A stretch of 63,640 nt of DNA, counting the filler, from Olpidium bornovanus S191 (Eukaryota; Fungi; Olpidiomycota), in assembly GCA_017911155.1 (NCBI GenBank). It is 29 parts of 29 records of this genome, joined end to end, with 100 filler letters (N's around TTAATTAATTAA, not from the genome) between each part and the next. Parts side by side here need not be neighbours in the genome. Positions count along the whole stretch, not along the records: positions 59,209 to 60,794 come from JAEFCI010004658.1; positions 60,895 to 62,113 come from JAEFCI010012575.1; positions 62,214 to 63,640 come from JAEFCI010001826.1; 26 more parts are not named here. One strand, written 5' to 3'. Made by a program: the position numbers and the translations under genes. Below, in pieces: positions 59,666 through 63,640 of the stretch; position 1 is the first letter of the stretch, and each line of letters opens with the position of its first letter. The notes under the pieces were generated by a model, which saw nothing but the letters and a program-made list of their open reading frames with translations, searched no databases and had not been told where the DNA came from.

Positions 59666-60794
59666 CTACTCAGCGCCGTGGTTCTCGAGGACAGCGACGG
59701 CCTCGGTAACTTTGCCGTCCAGAGCCTCAGGGCTTTCAACGAGGTGCAGGAGCTCGCTGTTGTCCATCTCGAGAAGCATGCCGGTGATTTTGCCGGCTAT
59801 CTCCCCGCGGCGGGCAGCGACGAGTGGGTACAGCGCTTCGCCGAGCATCTGCTTCTGGACTTCGGGCGCCGCCGCGGCCAGGGCGGCGGCCGTCAAGGTG
59901 GGGACGCCGTCGGCTCCGACGGGCGGACCGACCGTTACGCCGCCGGAAGCTTCAGGGGCGGGGGAAGACGGCCGTCCCCCAGCCGCTCCCTGATTGTCGC
60001 CCGCCCGCTGGTTCCTGTTGCCGGACCGCTGCTGGCCGCGCTGCTGCGAGCCGCCGCGGTTCCCTTGGCGCTGAGGCCGGGGCGGGCGCGGGCCGCTGGC
60101 GTTGGGCCCGCTCGCGTAACCGATGTGCGGCGGCGGAGGCGCGCCGGGGTAGCCTTGCGGGTTCGGCGCGGGCATGCTAGCCATTGGGGGCTGAGGGCCG
60201 CCGGCTCCCCAGCGGGGTCGCGCAGGCTGCATTCCGGGCTGGTTCGGGATGAAGCCGCGAGACGGCTGGGAGAAACCGGGCTGGGGGACATAATACATCG
60301 GGGCCCCGCCGTATAAAGGCGGGGGTATTCCCTGGGTCTGTTGCCAACCGTCAGGCAACGCGAACAGATGTGCGCAAGCCGATGGTCAGCAAATCGCAGC
60401 TCCTACCATCCACAGACGATTGATGACGACATAAACGGTAAAGGGAATATATACCTGCTGCAAGCGCGCTTGCCTCTGGGCTGCCTGCTGCTCAAGCTGA
60501 TTCCGGCGGACGTCTTTGCGCTGGGCGAGGGAGACGTAGATCGGCTTGTTCCCAATCATCCTGCCCTGCATCTCCGTGACGGCCTTGGTTGCCTCGTCGG
60601 GGGACGAGAAGCAGACGAAGCCGAACCCCTTGGAGTTGCCCTTGTCGTCACGCATGACCTTGGCCGAAGTGATCATGCCGTAGTGCGAGAACTCTTGGCG
60701 TAGGCGGTCATCGTCGAGGTCGTCCTCCAGATTCTTTACGTACAAATTCACCCCTTGGTACTTGCTCAGCTTCTCCTGCCGCGCTGCCTCGTAC
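59666..60794 (-). CDS. PAB1: Polyadenylate-binding protein, 3' part (RRM4, linker, PABC/MLLE)
   Basis: [12 protein letters not shown]...[22 protein letters not shown]...[11 protein letters not shown]; [11 protein letters not shown]...[19 protein letters not shown]. Confidence 0.98.
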
Positions 60795-60894
60795 NNNNNN
60801 NNNNNNNNNNNNNNNNNNNNNNNNNNNNNNNNNNNNNNTTAATTAATTAANNNNNNNNNNNNNNNNNNNNNNNNNNNNNNNNNNNNNNNNNNNN

Positions 60895-61330
60895 CGAAAC
60901 CGCCGGCCTGCGCATGAAAGCAAAAATGTGCTCCTTCTGTTGCGACAAAGTGTTGTATCTCGGACATCTCGTTACCGCTGAGGGCCTTCGACCGGACCCT
61001 CGGAAAACTGAGGCGATAGCGCAATGGCCCGTCCCGTCCACCGTTACTGATGTTCAGCGCTTCCTCGGCCTGGCATCATATTACCGCAAATTCATCGATC
61101 GATTCGCCATCATCGCCCGACCGCTTTACGCACAAACAAAACCGTAGCCCGACTTGTCCTTCGTGTGGCAACCTGAGCATCTACGCGCTTTCGAGCTTCT
61201 AAAGACGAAGCTGATGACCGCTCCCGTTTTGAAGCTCCCTGACTTTACCCGTCAGTTCCGCTTCACCCTACAAACCGATGCTTCTGACGCCGGCATCGGC
61301 GATGTTCTCACGTAGATCGGCGCCGATGGC
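60895..61330 (+). mobile_element. Ty3/gypsy RT C-terminus and RNase H start
   Basis: CSFCCDKVLYLGHLVTAEGLRPDPRKTEAIAQWPVP...VQRFLGLASYYRKFIDRFAIIARPL; LKTKLMTAPVLKLPDF...FTLQTDASDAGIG. Same family as 12700-14259. Confidence 0.92.
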
Positions 61331-61624
61331 GAATCACATGTAACACGTGAAAAGCGAGAAGCGTTGAAGCGAACGACTTTTTATTGCGTGTTTGGGGTCG
61401 TTGTACTTCAGCTTTCAAAGCTGTCGGAAATACAAGGAAAAATTTTGCTTTTTTAAGTCGAACTACGAAGCTGAAGGGACGCTATTTATGCCCGTCCACG
61501 TCGAGCAGAGGGCCGGTCGACGGCCAGCTTTGTTCTTCGATGTCACGTTTGTCGACGCGGTGCATCTGGTCCCTTCCCGCGCGGTCGTGGTTACCATGCG
61601 GGGCTCCGAGCTTTCGTACTCGTG

Positions 61625-61700
61625 CGGGCGGTATCGTTTGCCCAGGGGGGGAACGATGGTTGGCGGGCAGTATCGTTCACCCAGGGGGGGGACGATGATT
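61625..61700. repeat. ~36-bp tandem duplication with an internal inverted repeat ATCGTT/AACGAT
   Basis: gggc(g/a)gtatcgtt..cccagggggg..acgatg twice. Confidence 0.75.
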
Positions 61701-62045
61701 GTTGGGGAGCTTCCGCATGTGGCGTTGGGGAAAAAAGGGGGAGAGCTCTTCGATTGGCGGGCTTTGAGGGGGATGTATTCCATTGGCCAGTGTCGGGCAA
61801 TTTCTTGCCCCGGCAGCTGGGCGCCCGAACGGAGCCCTTTGTTTCCCCCCCCCCCCTCTCTCTCGTTGTAACACCTCGGGCCCACCGGACAACCGCACCA
61901 AATAATAAACAAACGAAGGAATCCTCGAGCGGGTAGCAAACGTTTGGTCCGGACGCCGTGCGACCGTGACCCTCCTACGGCAGAGGGTTGGCGCAATTAA
62001 GAAGAAGAAGTCGCCATTGCCTGCAGCCCAACGCTGGCGGCGTTT

Positions 62046-62113
62046 TTCCGCCGGGCGCCGGGCGGCGATTTTGCGCCGGGCGCCGGGCGGCGATTTTGCG
62101 CCGGGCGCCGGGC
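62046..62113. repeat. 25-bp tandem repeat at a contig end
   Basis: cgccgggcgccgggcggcgattttg repeated about 2.7 times. Confidence 0.9.
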
Positions 62114-62213
62114 NNNNNNNNNNNNNNNNNNNNNNNNNNNNNNNNNNNNNNNNNNNNTTAATTAATTAANNNNNNNNNNNNNNNNNNNNNNNNNNNNNNN
62201 NNNNNNNNNNNNN

Positions 62214-62900
62214 CCAGCTCGTTCGGCGGCCATTTCCAGCTTGGTGACGAAGTTGGTCAGTGCTGCCGTGCCTCCGGTACCTCCACATGTCGGAATTGCT
62301 CCCAATAATGTCCGCGCCAAAAGAGTGTTGAGGTTTCCCTCTGGAGGCTGTGACCGCTCGTGTTCTTGCTTACTGCCGTGGTAGGCAGTAGTGGTCAGGT
62401 CGTCATTGTGGAACCTTTCCAAGCGTTCCGCGCGAACACGCTCTTCGTTGGCGGAGCCATCTCGGTCATCCTGGACGGAGTTTACTTGGTCGTCCTCTTC
62501 TTCCTCGTCTTCTGCTTGGAGAAGGGCGGCTTCCATGTCCTTCATGCGTTCCTCCGCTCACGCTTGGTGGGCTTTCTCCCGCGCCAGCCTTTGACATAGG
62601 TCTTTGAGCTCCTCCTGGTGACGCTGCTCAGTTTCCTCTCTCCTGTAACGTTCCCTGAGCGCCTTCACCGAGTCCTTGACTGTCCTTGACCGCCTTGAGG
62701 TCGTGGACGCAGTCGTGCTCCGCATGTGTCGTACGCCTGGAGGGGTGTACGGTGGCGTCATGCTTTCGCCCGCGAGTTCTCTTCCTTCCATGGTTGCTTC
62801 TCTCCGTTCCGTGGTTCTGCTTCGGACGGAGAGGAGGCGGTAGTTCTCTTCTTCGGAGTCGCGGGTTGGGCTCATAACCTGAACGACGGACGTGGAACCA
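62214..62900 (-). mobile_element. LTR-retrotransposon gag-like pseudogene, 5' part
   Basis: Charged coiled-coil leader interrupted by one TGA (AHQA*AEER), then GAIPTCGGTGGTAALTNFVTKLE, similar to VPANDGHGGATTLKTFISKFD in the 7648-8349 ORF. Confidence 0.5.
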
Positions 62901-63517
62901 AAGGAGACAAAAAGGAGACGAGTGCACAATGGAGGGACCAAGGATGGAGGGCGGAGACGGCGGACGGCGGACGGAGGGGACGCCGGAGACTGCACTGCGC
63001 AGTTTGGAACGCTGTAGAGTTTCTACAAGCTTTCGGTTTGTTTTGTATGGCGTCCGCATGCGGGATTTACAGGGGGAGGAAAGGAGGGGTGATTCCCGCA
63101 GGAGTCTGCGCTGCCGGCTACGTCCAACCCCATTTCCCCCTTTTTTTTTTTTTCCAACAGAGGTAACACCAGCCTTTCTCTCGTCATCATCACGCCGCAA
63201 CCTCAACCAATGCGAATGAATAAAGATCTCAACTGCTCTTATTAAATTTGACTTCATCGAGTACCACACGAAGGTGCAAAACAAATATCTGTACAGAATC
63301 CGTTGGGCTGTGCCGTTTGATGATCCCAAGTTTGCCTGTTATATCGAAGACCACGCCCTTTGATCGCTCATCAGAAAGGTAGAGTACCTCCTGCGTTTGA
63401 GAGGTATTGGCGTCCACAGCTGCCTGACGGTCGCCCTGTTGCCGATCGTTTCTCTGCTGGTCAATGGTGCAAACAATCCGTCACTTGCGGAGCAGTTGGT
63501 TGCCCGGGCGTGCTGCA

Positions 63518-63552
<35 letters not shown>

Positions 63553-63640
63553 CGCCGACGATGGAATGCCAACAGGAAAAAACCACTGGACCCAAATACC
63601 AAATGAGCAATGTGCCACGAAAGAGGCAAACAAACTCAAA

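Noticed and set aside
16548-60794. Apparent cluster of ribosome-biogenesis and translation genes (NOG1, SHQ1, NOG2, PES1, RPL14, PAB1)
   Set aside because: Each gene is on a different contig, except that none share one, so there is no linkage evidence. Conserved genes are also the easiest to recognise by eye.
3215-62213. Regularly recurring TTAATTAATTAA flanked by N runs, superficially like an array or insertion motif
   Set aside because: Identical 100-bp six-frame-stop linker added when contigs were concatenated; not biological.

Overview
This is not one locus. It is 29 short, unlinked assembly contigs (about 1-6.5 kb) joined by 28 artificial 100-bp linkers (44 N + TTAATTAATTAA + 44 N), so adjacency across a linker means nothing. 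The DNA is eukaryotic and GC-rich, with GT-AG introns full of homopolymer and (AG)n tracts. The proteins look fungal but include animal-like retained genes, suggesting an early-diverging fungus (inference; Olpidium-like is only a guess). Recognisable genes, all partial: glucosidase II alpha, NOG1, REV3 (last exon), Mn-SOD, CDC50/LEM3, SHQ1, NOG2, SDR42E1-like 3beta-HSD, an alpha-arrestin, PES1/NOP7, M17 leucyl aminopeptidase, RPL14, PAB1 and a possible MED28. Much of the rest is decayed Ty1/copia and Ty3/gypsy sequence. Best finding: two independent relics of a Ty1/copia family carry a chromodomain after the integrase SH3 domain, upstream of RT in the copy that retains RT. This architecture is typical of Ty3/gypsy chromoviruses, not copia. 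Also notable: a plant Bianca-like copia 5' end with an LTR and a half-tRNA-Ile primer site, an intronless bacterial-type AstE/AspA pseudogene, and a strong CATG bias at contig ends that warns of chimeric joins. I found no rRNA, tRNA gene or CRISPR array. All family assignments come from motif recognition by eye; no database search was run.
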